Shown piece by piece: positions 1-12,542 of a stretch of 64,000 nucleotides of DNA; position 1 is the stretch's first letter, and every line of letters starts with the position of its first letter. The position numbers were made by a program, and so were the translations under genes. The notes below the pieces were generated by a model. It was not told the origin of the DNA. It saw only the letters and a list, made by a program, of their open reading frames with translations, and ran no database searches. The stretch comes from Diadema antillarum (taxonomy: Eukaryota): the NCBI RefSeq assembly GCF_040938485.1, contig NW_027271166.1, forward strand, positions 434,001-498,000, written 5' to 3'.

Positions 1-1784
1 ACGTATGCCCATGATTTTTTTTTTCATCATGGCTACTTCTAAAACACTGATAAATTCAGTGCTTATTCACGGCAGTTTGTCAATCAGTTACAATGAAAAA
101 CGGAAGAATTTCATGAATGTGAATAACACTAACGTGTGTCTGTAACATTCCATTGAAGTCAATGATATATATTCAAACTTCTCGTCAACTGGGCTTTATA
201 ATTTTAAATTCATTTATAGAGAGCAAACACCACAATAGCACAATTATTACTATTGAGATTGGTGGTATAAAAGTTTTTGAGACGCCTTAAGATAAAATAT
301 GTGTTAATGTTGGAAGGAAACACTTCTACGTCTTACATTTTAGCATTTTAGCGCCGTACATCGTATATCGCGCCGAAAATACATACTCCATCTTATTGTC
401 AATGACACATTCCAGTTTAAATCAATCGTTTTGTTCCATTATCACTTTTATTTTATTTTTTGTTCCATTACCACTATCAATATTATCATATTGTTTATTA
501 CTAACAAATAATTCAACAAACTTTATTGAAATTGAATCAATAATACAAAATGATACACAAAGACACGGCTTTCACAAAATACTCTTAGATTTAAACCTCT
601 GATGTTTGTCTTTATAGTCGACTTGCAGATATTTTCCCCCGTGCTTTCAGGCTTTGTCCTTTTCATTGGGTCCCTCCATTTTTCGAATTTTGCGTATTGT
701 TTACTTCCCTCTGATCACTTCAGTTTTATGACAATGTATACACTCTTTTCAACTCACATTGTTTTACGCACCTTATTTTCTGTTACCAAAAAATTATGTG
801 TGTATGTCTTTTTTTTTTTGAAAAATGAAATTGAAAATTAAAATGGAAAATTGAATTGAATGGCTCAGCAGAAGAGACCGACATTGTCTTCTGGTCAATA
901 AGACAGGCAGATTGCTCGTGCTTCCCCCGCCTTGGAGGCTCGCCAAAATCGAATCTCCCCTCCTTCCATTATCATCGCCATGCGACCATAATCATTCTTG
1001 TCGTTTACCCATACTAGAAGAGAAGAGAAGAGAGATAAAGAAGGAGAAAGGGGATGGGTTATCGGAAACACAACAACATGTTCGTGATATATTTTGACAA
1101 AAATAATGCTAACATAGAGTTTTTATTGACCATCAGAAACAAGCAGTCCAATGAAACAAAGAGTAGACGGAAGAAAAAGATGTTGATGAGATCAATGGCT
1201 GCGTGAGAGACGCAACGTATGTCTCTAATGGAAGGCAAACACACTTTCTACCGTATTTCATTCATCCATGGTAGTTAAAGAAAGCGCAAAATATGTATTT
1301 ACAAATATATATGAATATATATATATATATATATATCCTTCCTTTATCAATACATCATACAACATGAATAGATGAATATATACCTCCACAGACATATTTC
1401 ACATTCCAAGTGCAGTTAAATTTTAAATAAGGCAACTTCTATTCGTATTGACTGTCGATATTGATGTGATATCTCCAGCTTCATACTTTGGTATTGATAA
1501 GAAGGCAAACCACTATCCACTGACACATCCACCATCAGTTTATGTACGTATCATATGGATTTTCATCTAAATACACATGTATATACAGTGTATTCTACAT
1601 TCTTTATGTATTAATTTGATGTATATTATAACTATGTGTGTTTTGTATGGGTGTGTTCGTGTGTGGATGTATCATGCACTTGTGTTTGCGTGTCTTTACA
1701 TTTTTTCGATTTGCATAGACAGGGAAACATGTGTACCAGATATTTCCTTCCCTTTCCATTCCTTTTATACACCAGTACACGCAC

Positions 1785-2081
1785 CTTGAGTCTCGTTCGG
1801 AAAGAGGGAGTCCAGCGGTACGCTTTTGCCAGTCGGAGGCCAGGCGCACCGCCACTCGCCCGTCGATCCCTGGTACGATGAACTCCAGTCAGTGAGATTG
1901 GCGAGCCAGCAGCAGGTGCATCGGTACCACACGTAGTCATGGTTACCGCACTGGGCCAGTTCGGCACGGAAAGCCTCCAGGACGAATGACCGGTTGAAAG
2001 GCATTGGCATTTGTCGTTCGCGGCAGAATATCTTGGCGAGATAAAACTTCGACTTGGTGCACAGGATGAGAGAATCATTTC
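1785..2081 (-). CDS. Exon encoding atypical compact C-type-lectin-like Cys/Trp-rich module, gene copy 1
   Basis: Acceptor tatcctcAG|GA and donor CAAG|GTgcgt give 297 bp, phase 1-1, open: (G)NDSLILCTKSKFYLAKIFCRERQMPMPFNRSFVLEAFRAELAQCGNHDYVWYRCTCCWLANLTDWSSSYQGSTGEWRCAWPPTGKSVPLDSLFPNETQ. The paralog exon at 9855-10151 has the same length and boundaries. The CTLD assignment rests only on Y-x-A-x3-C...VW...C...W-x-C spacing. Confidence 0.75.
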
Positions 2082-2164
2082 CTGAGGATAAGGATTCGGT
2101 GAGTATACAGAGATAGGGGAGAAGGGAGAGAGAGGGAGGGGGAGTGGTATTAAAATCAACTCAT

Positions 2165-2763
2165 AAACAGCAGGAATTACATCTCACCACCTCAGAAAAG
2201 TAGCATTCAGAAGACAGGCAGCTCTTCAGGCTGTCACAGAAAATACCACTTCCTCCACATCAAGGTTCATGCCATCTTCATAACTATAGGCGGCGCATAT
2301 AAAGCACCAGACCTTCATCATCCAGGACTGCCCAAACGCTCCCCACAGGAAATATAACCTCAGCAGAAAGGCGAGCTAGCTCTCCAACATGTGGAAAGAA
2401 CAACAACCTGCAGGCAGACTCACCAGCGTGCTGCCATTAAAATCCAACACCCCGTGCCTGCAAACGCAAAGAATTATGCCATCTAAACTGACTCCGCACT
2501 GGCGTCCGGCTCTTTCAAAGCCTGCAGGTACCTGTGGAATCTCTCGGACTCAGACAGACGCGAATATGGTGAGGCACACACGGCGGACCACCTAATCGAA
2601 CACGGCACTATCCATCACCTGATCCCTGGCAGGTGGATGGACTGTCCTCCGAAGTCTCACTCCTGCTACCATGCAGGACCTGACTGAAAGATACAGTCTT
2701 CACCGCTAAAGAAAAGAGACGATCGATCAGAACCTACAAGCAAGAGGAGGAAGAAGAAGCGCT
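2165..2763 (+). mobile_element. 5'-truncated, frameshifted non-LTR retrotransposon 3' end (RTE-X/I-group-like)
   Basis: Degenerate frames read LRTGV..FKACRYLWNLSDSDRREYGEAHTADHLIE, resembling the C-terminal C-x-C-G..T-x-D-H motif of LINE ORF2. Ends in a GAG/GAA repeat tail. Absent from the equivalent intron of copy 2. Confidence 0.55.
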
Positions 2764-2917
2764 TAAATGAATAAGGTTTCTATTCTAACTTATGAAACTG
2801 TAGCAATGAATAGTAAAAGTTATGACATAAAGATAACGTATCAATTCACAGAAATGTGGTTTATCGGATTTCAGTGGTTTAGTGTAACCAAGGGAAAAAA
2901 ATCGATTTCTTCAATAC

Positions 2918-3202
2918 CAGTAGATTCGTTGACGCGGAGAGCGGGCTGACTGGTTGGGGCTGCTTCGGATGTCGCACCTGATTCTGCGTCTGTTGTTTGC
3001 ACTGAGCTCCAGCCATCCCCTTCTTCTGCCCCCAAACTTTCAGATGGCCCAGGATCGTCGATCATTGTCTCGGTCATGACCGTGGTCAGGGCAGTGGAGT
3101 CGGGAATGATTGTAGGCGATGCCGAGGAGAAGGTAGGTGGGTTCACTCCCGATCTTGTTGGTCTAGGACTGCGTGTTTGTCCGCCATTGTCGTTTGTATA
3201 TC
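2918..3202 (-). CDS. Ser/Thr/Pro-rich mucin-like stalk exon, gene copy 1
   Basis: Acceptor tttactcgcAG|GA and donor ACTG|GTattg give 285 bp, phase 1-1: YTNDNGGQTRSPRPTRSGVNPPTFSSASPTIIPDSTALTTVMTET...ALRVNEST. Homologous to 10951-11199. Confidence 0.7.
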
Positions 3203-3779
3203 CTGCGAGTAAAGTGATACGGCTCATGGTCAACGAAACAAGAAATGAATCCGGTAGAGTCTTTCGTGGAGAACTCCAGAATGAACTCATTGATTTTCCT
3301 CGTATAATCTCTCGAATTTCCAGCTAATTTCCAGTGAATTACTCTGTTTGCTTTTTGAGTAACCTTAGTGTAACGCGTATAGACATTTTATCCACTTGAT
3401 ACATCTCTTCTACATATTGTTGGAATTGAAAAAGGAAATAATTTAAAAACTGTCACAGAATTGACAAGAATCGAATTTAACAGCAATCTTATCATGTTTC
3501 ATTGGCGTAGAATAAAAACAGAGGTCCATGCGTTTTTCACCCTATGTCCCGATTTCATGATCAGATTGGAATTCTTCCTGGGCATTTATGTCGTCAACAG
3601 TACAAGAAATTCTATTTATTCTGAAATATAAACGAATATGAACTAAATAACGCAATAGGAACAACACGTGGAACTAGTTTTCAATATTCAATCATTCTCA
3701 GATTTCTTAACTATTTCGCGTGAAAGTTTAAACTTTCGTGAACTTTTGAGATGACAATGGCAGGGGCCAAAACGCCATC

Positions 3780-3816
<37 letters not shown>
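3780..3816. repeat. (ACA)n microsatellite
   Basis: Direct reading; an orthologous longer tract lies at ~11815-11891 in copy 2. Confidence 0.95.
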
Positions 3817-3882
3817 CAATGGTTTATTAAATTGAGTTGCAATATCAAGCAACATCTTCGGTCGATATTGAACAATTCTCAC

Positions 3883-4089
3883 CTGTATCAATTACTGGGT
3901 GGCAGACACAGTGCCGGGAGATTCCAGGGAGGGGGATGATCGGATCGATTTCCAGCGAGATCGTCGCGAGCTCCTCCCCGTCTCTCCCGGGGAAAGGACG
4001 ACATAGGTTGGTCAAGTTTGCGCATGAGACAACCCCAGGGCTCTGGTAAAGTTTTTTGCTCCTTGATGCTGATATCCACCACGCACAAT
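3883..4089 (-). CDS. Cys-rich extracellular module exon (unknown domain), gene copy 1
   Basis: Acceptor cccacAG|AT and donor ACAG|GTgaga are both conserved in copy 2. 207 bp, phase 1-1: CAWWISASRSKKLYQSPGVVSCANLTNLCRPFPGRDGEELATISLEIDPIIPLPGISRHCVCHPVIDT. Confidence 0.7.
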
Positions 4090-5135
4090 CTGTGGGACCG
4101 AAGTACGATAGGACGACGTTGCTTAACGATCAGAGAATGAGCTACATTTTGATATTTTATGCTTTAGGGAGATTTGGAGAGGTACAAAATTTGATGTTTA
4201 CTTACGGGCCGCAAGAAGCAAAGATAACAGGCCATACGTTGTCATCCTGACGGCGCTGTCCTTTCAACGTATTCCTGAAATCAATGAAAACTTCCAGAGT
4301 TATTTTTCATGATTGAACATGTTGAATGTATTTTGTTTGAACTCATTTACTCTCCTCTTTCTTTCTGTGTATCTAACTCTTCAATACAGACACGCTCACA
4401 TGCGCACGCGTAAAATTGCTTTAGTATAGGTCTGGAACCCACACCGTCGTGCTCAGACACACGCACATGCTCACTTCTTACTTCAATTTCTCTTTCTCCC
4501 CCCTTTCTCCCACTCTGTTCTCCACAAGTATTTTGGGGATATGAAATCAATATACGGACTTATCCTGAAATTAGTTTTGAACTTGTAACCGAGCAGAATT
4601 AGAATTTGTCCACAATGTTCTCTTCCGCTTTTCGATTTCTTTATCCAAAACAAAGCTATTCTGGTAAAGAAAACTCACATAGACACACTGTATGGGGTTA
4701 CTGCAAGCATATTGACAAGTATAAACAAGAGACTGCGCGATGATACCCACTATGTGGAACAGGTGTGAAATTGAATCAAACTTACCTTTCTTACTCTACT
4801 CTATTTCTACTCCAACGACTTTTCTTTGAGGAATACGTTGCTTGAGGGAGGTTTTGATCAGAGCGGCAGAGTAGCTGAAATCACCTTAACTCAAGGTAGA
4901 AAGAGAACAAAGAAGCCCTTTTATGTATTTGGAAAAAAAAAAGGTAAGTTGCCATGTATGGTGACTGATGAGCTCAGTATTGATCTGAAGTATTGTTTTG
5001 TCTTTTTCTTTGCCCGCAAAATAAAGCTTTTAATATTCATAAGAGCCCTTTTAAACGCCTTGAATTGATTGAATTGCGCTAAAAAAGAATAATAAATGAC
5101 GGAGCAAAAGAGGATAAAAAGGAGGAGAAAGAGAC

Positions 5136-5173
<38 letters not shown>
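5136..5173. repeat. (AG)n microsatellite
   Basis: Direct reading. Confidence 0.95.
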
Positions 5174-5177
<4 letters not shown>

Positions 5178-5607
5178 GGCGGAAAAAAAGTCAGGGTTGT
5201 TGGGAAGTTTAAAGATCATCAAAGGAAGCACAAACTTGTCTCTTTGTTGCTCTTCCCTCTTTCATTCTGTATAATGAATGTTACATACATATCTATTCAT
5301 CTCTCACCCCAAGAGATGCATAGTCAGATATATCTTTTTTCCTTTTCTCTTTTGTTAAAACTTAATCTATAGGAGCAAAACAATGGTGTTTGTCGATGTG
5401 AGCACGTGTCTACTCACTTACCTTGAATGAGTCGATTTCTGAATATTTAGCGCAACATTGTTCATGTCACGAGCCAAACTTGGGTTTACCTGAATTAGTC
5501 AAGCCATCAAAGGAATGCAGCAAGTGTCGTGTGACGTACAGTCTATCGATCTCTGACATGACTCGTTTCAAAGTGAAAGAACCAACTAGAGTGAAAGACC
5601 ACTTCTC

Positions 5608-5609
<2 letters not shown>

Positions 5610-5653
<44 letters not shown>

Positions 5654-5712
5654 GTATATACATAGTACGAGAGATTGTTCCTTTTCCCAAACGATTTCTT
5701 CCACTGTATATG

Positions 5713-5775
<63 letters not shown>

Positions 5776-5790
5776 TATATATATATAATA
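5610..5790. repeat. (CT)n and (TA)n microsatellite cluster
   Basis: Direct reading; further (CA)n, (TA)n and (CATA)n tracts lie at 5960-6400. Confidence 0.95.
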
Positions 5791-5959
5791 TGTGCGTCTC
5801 CGCTCCTCGCGTATTGATTCGACAACATTCGCTTTACTTGGTATCGAATCGATAAGGTGTACATGTAGGCCTACAAGATGTGAGAGTTTTGTATCATGAC
5901 TAATTTCGATGAAAGTGTACCAATAGATCCTGAGGCAAACGAAAAAAAACAACAACAAC

Positions 5960-5992
<33 letters not shown>

Positions 5993-6226
5993 AAAACATG
6001 TGTTTAATTTGATATAACATTTTCCTAGGATTAAGTGATATGTGTAAGGTACATCACGAACAATTTATCCAATCCGCCCATTACATGCATACTCGTTGTT
6101 GATATTATACTTTTGACATTTTAATTGGAACTACTTACTGAGCATTTTATGTATTTGTTATTTGAACACACAAGTAGCGGATGTAAGAGTGTATAGATAT
6201 ATGATAAAATAAACACGCAGGCCTGT

Positions 6227-6258
<32 letters not shown>

Positions 6259-6419
6259 ATGCATATGATATACATTTATTTTATACATATATAACATACA
6301 GTATCTATGTTTATATATGTGTGAGTGCGTGTGTATGCATGTACATACATACAAAAAAATACAAACATACATACATACATACATACATACACAACACGTA
6401 TATCTACTATAAGCTGAGC

Positions 6420-6860
6420 TGGCGTCCGTCATTCTGTCTAAAAAGACAAATAGGTTGTTGTGCTTGGGTTGGTCTACCTTTGAAGGATCTGCAGCCTCTG
6501 CTCTGGCTTAACAGACTCCGTTGCACGGAGCTGCAGATGAAACCAGTGCCAGTGCATGACTTGTAGCAAACGACTCGGCTCGCTGGTGTCTTAGGTCATC
6601 CGCTTCCTTTCCCCGCCCAAACTGGCCTCACCTTGCTTCTCAACAGAAGAGGATTTCTGTCCACTGTCCAGTCGAATTCTCTTCACCTGACACAATCGTC
6701 ATCCTCTTAGGAGATGAACCCATGTGACTTGCCTGCAGAGTCCCTCGTAAAGCCGAGAGCAGCTGGTTTGCCAGCATTTCCTGATAAGTCACCAGATGCA
6801 AGTTCGCCGAACTGTCAGGTTTGTCTTTCGGGATACGATTGAATGACTTGCAGTTCGACT
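6420..6860 (-). mobile_element. Degenerate RTE-clade LINE 3' end
   Basis: The reverse complement gives RIPKD..GELASG..GKP..GF-type remnants, an Arg/Lys-rich stretch and a 3' end resembling RTE termini (ttgtctttttagacagaatgacggacgcc), with many stops and frameshifts. Confidence 0.6.
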
Positions 6861-8957
6861 AGATCGAACCAGTCTCTGTATTTATATCTACCCACTTTCT
6901 TCCCGAATGTCTCCATGGCTGTTGAGTGGCTGGCATCCCGGATATGGTTCCATCCGCCATAATTGTCACATCAGCGCTACTGGGAGAGTTGTCGGTGGCT
7001 ACCGCATCTACATGTATATACTTCAATTGTTGTTCCTCCGTCGAGGGCAACCGATATAATAGCATCAGAAGTTTTAAAAGCCCGTGGTCTGCGAACTATA
7101 AGTGATTCTTGAATTGGTAACAGATTTTAGAATATCAGAGTCTCTTTATACTTATCACATTTACATTTGTTTAGTAATAATTTCCTTTTAGTGTGCAGAT
7201 GTAGTGAAATCAACTACAAGTAGTTTCACCTAAGCCTTCTCCAGTATAAGATACCTAACGGAATTCAGAGGTAATTTGATAATGACAAGATGATGATATC
7301 TATAGACAGCATTACTCCTCCAGGACTAGATTTGTTAATGTTTGTTTAGTAAGTATTTCGCTTTAGCGAATAAACCTAACAGGAAGACATGGGATTCCTG
7401 TCCTTGTCACATCATCTTGTGCATCGAGGAAAGCTCATCCAAATTCTATATATAAAGAAAAAACAAACAAAACACTCAAACAACCGAGAAACAAAACAAA
7501 CAAACAAATAAAAGAAAACATGGTTTTCTGATTGATGATTAAGACGACTTTTACTGTCCGATATAACACAACAACACTAACTTGTGTATGTTACATTCCA
7601 TTCAAGGCAATGTTACATATTCAAATGTCTCACCGACTGGGCTTTATGCATGATTTAAATTCATTTATAAAGAGCAAACACCACAATAGCAAAATTACTA
7701 CTGACTATAGATGGATGGTATAAAAGTTTATGAGACGCCTCAAGATGAATTGTGTGTTTATGCCGGACAATGCTGGAAGTGAACACTTCTACGTGTTACT
7801 TTTTAGCATGTTAGCGCCGTACACCATTCTTGGAGCGTAAAAACCCCCCAAATCCATGTTACTGTCAATAGCCCATTCCACATGTTCCAGTTTATAGATC
7901 ACTTTGTTACATCATGTCCATTGTCACTGGCAGTAACAAACAATTCAAAAAACTTTAAACGATTAGTTTTAATTTCTGCAAGTTCATTGCTAGAAAGTGC
8001 TGCTGCCGTGTCCGATAGACAAAACTGGAATATCGGTAAAGCCATCTTAAGATGATCCAAAATGTTCTGAGCTGCCGTTTGCCTTGGTTTCGGTGTGAAA
8101 GTTTAAATAAGTGCGGTCTAATTCATGTCAAATCTTTTTGGAATTAAATCAATTTGACAAAATGATATACAAAGACACGGCTTTCACAAAATACTCTTTG
8201 ATTTAAACCTCCAATGTTTGTCTTTATAGTGGACTTCCAGATTTTTTTTTCGTGTGCTTTCAATAATTGATGTTTTTCTTCTGAGGGGGCAACATCCTAC
8301 AAGCTTTGTATTTTTAATGGGTCCCTTCATTTTTCCAATTTTGCGTATTGTTTACTTCCCTCTGATCACTTCAGTTTTATGACAATGTATATGAATATTG
8401 AAGGTTCTACAATTATTGTATATACACTCTTTTCATCGCACATATAGTTTTACGCATCTTATATTCTGTTACAAAAAAAAAATGCTGTCTATATGTGTTT
8501 GTCGAAAAATGAAATAAAAAATTGAAATTGAAATTCGAAAAAAAAAATGAATTAAACGGATCAGCAGAAGAAACCGACATTGTCTTCTGGTCAATAAGAC
8601 AGGCAGATTGCTCGTGCTTTTCCCGCCTTGGAGGCCCGCCAAAATCGAATCTCCCCTCCTTCCATTATCATCGCCATGCGACCATAATCATTCTTGTCGT
8701 TTACCCATACTAGAAAAAAAGAGAAGAGAAGAGAAAGAAGGAGAGAGGGGGTTATCGCAAACACGATAAAATGATCGTGATGCATTATGGCAGATGCTGA
8801 CATAGATTTCCATCGACCATCATAAACAAACAATCCAATGGAACAAAGATTAGACGGAAGAAGAATGTTGATGAGATCAATGGCTGCGTGAGAGACGCAA
8901 CGTATGTCTCTAACATCTAATGGAAGGTATAATACACCTTCTACCGTTTTTTTATTT

Positions 8958-9107
8958 NNNNNNNNNNNNNNNNNNNNNNNNNNNNNNNNNNNNNNNNNNN
9001 NNNNNNNNNNNNNNNNNNNNNNNNNNNNNNNNNNNNNNNNNNNNNNNNNNNNNNNNNNNNNNNNNNNNNNNNNNNNNNNNNNNNNNNNNNNNNNNNNNNN
9101 NNNNNNN
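8958..9107. other. Assembly gap
   Basis: N run. Confidence 1.
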
Positions 9108-9360
9108 ATCAATATATCATACAATAGGAATAAATGAATATATACATCCACAGACATATATCACATTCATAGTGCAGTTGAATATTTATGTAAAGCAACT
9201 CCTAATCATATTGACTCTCGATATTGATGTGATATCTTCAGCTTCATACTTTGGTATTGATAAGAAAGGAAAAAGCACCATACACCGACATTCCACCATC
9301 AGTTTATGTACATATGAATCTTAATCTGAATATAACCACTATACACTGTATTATACATTT

Positions 9361-9676
9361 TTATGCCTCCGCCACGAAGTGGTGCCAGAAGGTCAAGGGC
9401 AACACTTCAAAATTTTACTATTTCCCTCATATTTATGCAATGCCAGCAGGATTATTTTTTTTTACTCTTGGTGTATGCATGTATAACCCAATAGAGATTC
9501 TCTGTTGAGAATGTGCTGAACTAACTGTTTTATCTTATCTAGGAAATGGTTCAAGTTATTTTGAAACTTACTACATATTTTGCATGTTCCACACGTGTCC
9601 ACATGTACTATAGACCTACTAAGAGAACCATGCATTATGGCGGAGGCATACCAGTCGCCATAGCGACATTTCTAGT
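9361..9676 (+). mobile_element. Helentron/HINE-like non-autonomous element
   Basis: Subterminal inverted repeat atgcctccgcc ... ggcggaggcat, 3' stem-loop gtcgc-cata-gcgac, then atttctag, inserted in a T-run. The paralogous position at ~1600 lacks it. Confidence 0.75.
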
Positions 9677-9854
9677 TTATGTATTACATTGATATATATG
9701 TTATAACTATGTGTGTTTTGTATGGGTGTGTTTGTGTGTAGCTATATCATGCACTTGTGTTTGCTTGTGTTTACATGTTTCGATTTGAATAGACAGGAAA
9801 ACGTGTATATCAGATATTTCTCTCCCTTTCCCTTCCGTACACAAGTGCACACAC

Positions 9855-10151
9855 CTTGAGTCTCGTTCGGAAAGAGGGAGTCCAGCGTTACGCTTCCGCC
9901 AATAGGGGGCCAGCCGCACCGCCACTCGCCCGTCGAGCCCTGGTCCGATGAGCTCCAGTCAGTGAGATTGGCGAGCCAGCAGCAGGTGCATCGGCACCAC
10001 ACGTAGTCATGGTTACCGCATTGGGCCAGTTCCGCATCGGAGACCGCGAGGACCAGGGACCGGGTGAAGGGCGTTGGCACCAGTTGTTTCCCGCATGAAG
10101 TCTTAGCGGCATAGTATTTCGTCTTGTTGCAGAAAATACGGGAATCGTTCA
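9855..10151 (-). CDS. Atypical compact C-type-lectin-like exon, gene copy 2
   Basis: Acceptor aaccccAG|TG and donor CAAG|GTgtgt give 297 bp, phase 1-1: NDSRIFCNKTKYYAAKTSCGKQLVPTPFTRSLVLAVSDAELAQCGNHDYVWCRCTCCWLANLTDWSSSDQGSTGEWRCGWPPIGGSVTLDSLFPNETQ. Confidence 0.75.
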
Positions 10152-10950
10152 CTGGGGTTTGGATTTGGTGGAAGAGAAAGATAGAGAGAGAGGATCGTAA
10201 CGACACTGACAAACTGACAACGAAAGAAATGTGAGTGGATGGGGTGATACTTGGAACGAGCAATTTGTCATCACCGTATCTATACTAATGTATAATAAAC
10301 CTCGTGTATTTCATACGAAAATTTCAGTTTCAGTTTCAGTTTGTTTATCATTTCTCCACACACTTGCAACTTGTACAAATGAAATTAATATGATAACTCA
10401 ACAATGTTCACATCAGCATATAAATAAAAGTTAATATAAATTCCTTGCTGCCACTGAAAAATGATTTCACAGTACACGATTCGCTTGTTGTTTAAAGAAA
10501 GTTATTCACAATCATGCTTCATCAGTCCTCATCGTGTTGGGATAACTGGAGCTAGGCTGGTGCACCTTCCCCAACTTGATAACAAATATAATATAATATA
10601 ATACAATATAATATAATATACAAATGTAATATAATATGATATCATGTAATATGTTATAAAATAATACAATATAGTATAATAAAATATATTATTGCGATAT
10701 TGGATATTTGAAAGGTTGATATCTGCAATGGATTTATACAAATCTTAGGCCATGGATTAAGGAAATGTGTTTGTTTAGTCTATGTGCGTGACAGATTGCG
10801 TGTATGCCAAAGAGCACCCAGTGTCGAACGCGCGATGACACATATATTTATTCTATCAACAGTCTTGTTTGGTCACTGGACTACGCTTCAGCATGGATTT
10901 GATTTAAACTACTACTGTGACTATACACTGACAGTGCATACAGTCTTTAC

Positions 10951-11199
10951 CAATGGATCCGTAGATTTCCTGAACGTATTGGCCTGTCGGCGTTTGTTGA
11001 GACGCAGCGTCCGATTGTGGGACCTCATCGCCGACAGTAGAGTTTACTATCGTGGTCTGTGTCATGGTCATTGCCGTTGTCACGGCAGTGGTCATTCGAG
11101 CAGATTCTGGAATGATTGTAGGCAGTGCAGCCGAGGAGGAGAGTGGGTCCAGTCCCGATCCGGTTGGTTCAGCACTGCGTGTTTGTTCGCCGTTGTCGT
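10951..11199 (-). CDS. Mucin-like stalk exon, gene copy 2 (5' boundary lies inside N gap)
   Basis: Open frame DNGEQTRSAEPTGSGLDPLSSSAALPTIIPESARMTTAVTTAMTMTQTTIVNSTV...QEIYGSI, donor ATTG|GTaaag (phase 1). Homologous to 2918-3202. Confidence 0.65.
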
Positions 11200-11344
11200 N
11201 NNNNNNNNNNNNNNNNNNNNNNNNNNNNNNNNNNNNNNNNNNNNNNNNNNNNNNNNNNNNNNNNNNNNNNNNNNNNNNNNNNNNNNNNNNNNNNNNNNNN
11301 NNNNNNNNNNNNNNNNNNNNNNNNNNNNNNNNNNNNNNNNNNNN
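11200..11344. other. Assembly gap (hides an exon acceptor)
   Basis: N run. Confidence 1.
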
Positions 11345-11831
11345 ATAGTAAGTCTGCGCTCAGACAATGTCGGGAACTCTCTGACTCTCCTGTGCAATTC
11401 TCCTCGAATTTCCTTAATTTCCGTTTGCTTCTCATGCAAATTGGAAAACTGATAAGAAATGTTGATGCTGATCAGCACTCTGATGCTTGATAAACCATTT
11501 CTGCACTTTATTAAAATGATAGTGAGAATGAAAATGAAACGACACAAGTTTGAAAGCACTGTGGGTATATTTCTATCCAATGTCCTGTATTCATGCCTAA
11601 ATCCCTCTAAATCTTAAGACAAACGTACTCAATTCTCATCGGCACATGCCAGAATGACACAATTTGAATAATAGTATATACAGCAAAATGATCTTCGACT
11701 TTCATCTTTCACTCAAGTCATTTTAAGCAATGTTAAGGCACAAATGTATCCAGCGATTAAAATATGTGTCTGATTTCACAACTCTTATGATGTTGGGAGA
11801 CATCAGCAGCAACAACTGCAACAACAATAAT

Positions 11832-11890
<59 letters not shown>

Positions 11891-11966
11891 CTAGAAGGGA
11901 AAGAGGAATATCGAAGCGAGTTGCAATATCAAGCAACATCTTCGGTAGATGTTGAACAATTCTCAC

Positions 11967-12188
11967 CTGTATCACTCAGTGATGGGAGACAGACACAGTG
12001 CGAGTTGATTCCAGGGAGGGGAGAGATGAGCGGTTTGATTTTCAGCGGGAACGTCGCGAGCTGCTTCCCGTCTCTCCCGGGGAAAGGACGACATAGGCTG
12101 GCCAAGTCTGCACACGAGTCGGTATGGACAGTGTTACTGCGCCGGCGAAGGATTACATGCTTTGAAGCATATACCAACCATGTACCAT
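11967..12188 (-). CDS. Cys-rich extracellular module exon, gene copy 2
   Basis: Acceptor cccacAG|AT and donor ACAG|GTgaga give 222 bp, phase 1-1: GTWLVYASKHVILRRRSNTVHTDSCADLASLCRPFPGRDGKQLATFPLKIKPLISPLPGINSHCVCLPSLSDT. Confidence 0.7.
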
Positions 12189-12312
12189 CTGTGGGACGTT
12201 AACATGCTAACATGTTTAGTAAGATGGATTAGCCGAACTAAAGTTGTCCATATCAATTTACCATAATAAAAGAAAATAATTGACCGTCTCAGTTGACTTT
12301 CATTACATTCCA

Positions 12313-12542
12313 TTAAAGGGATGGTATAGTTTCGGTTGAGATTGGGCTTCAGGTTTCCAACCTTGTTTGATGATGATTTTTTTTTTCAGATGATGAGAAA
12401 CCTCTTCTCTAAATCCCTCTTCTTAGAATGGCATGCTCTCCATAACACTTCTTGAAGTGGTTTTTAACATGTTGTTTAAGGAGCTTACACAAAGTTAAAA
12501 GCTGAATCCTCACCTAAACCAAATACTAAACCATCCCTTTAA
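12313..12542. mobile_element. Kolobok-like TTAA MITE (internally deleted copy)
   Basis: ttaaagggatggtatagttt ... aaaccatccctttaa terminal inverted repeats. Same family as 23192-23835, 33265-33563, 49298-49686, 51783-52171 and 57971-58390. Confidence 0.75.

Noticed and set aside
1765-2010. Cys/Trp-rich ORF read as a BIR/IAP or zinc-finger domain
   Set aside because: It lacks the BIR C-x2-C...H...C spacing and sits among phase-1 exons after a signal peptide and mucin stalk, which indicates an extracellular disulfide module.
3203-3345. Protein-like frame VIHWKLAGNSRDYTRKINEF... upstream of the mucin exon
   Set aside because: The frame is not conserved with copy 2 (indels), it ends in a stop, and a good phase-1 acceptor at 3203 explains the exon. 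Treated as intron.
5586-6566. ORFs rich in YI/VC/HT repeats (also 34067-34453, 42791-43218, 46638-47239)
   Set aside because: Translations of microsatellites or N gaps.
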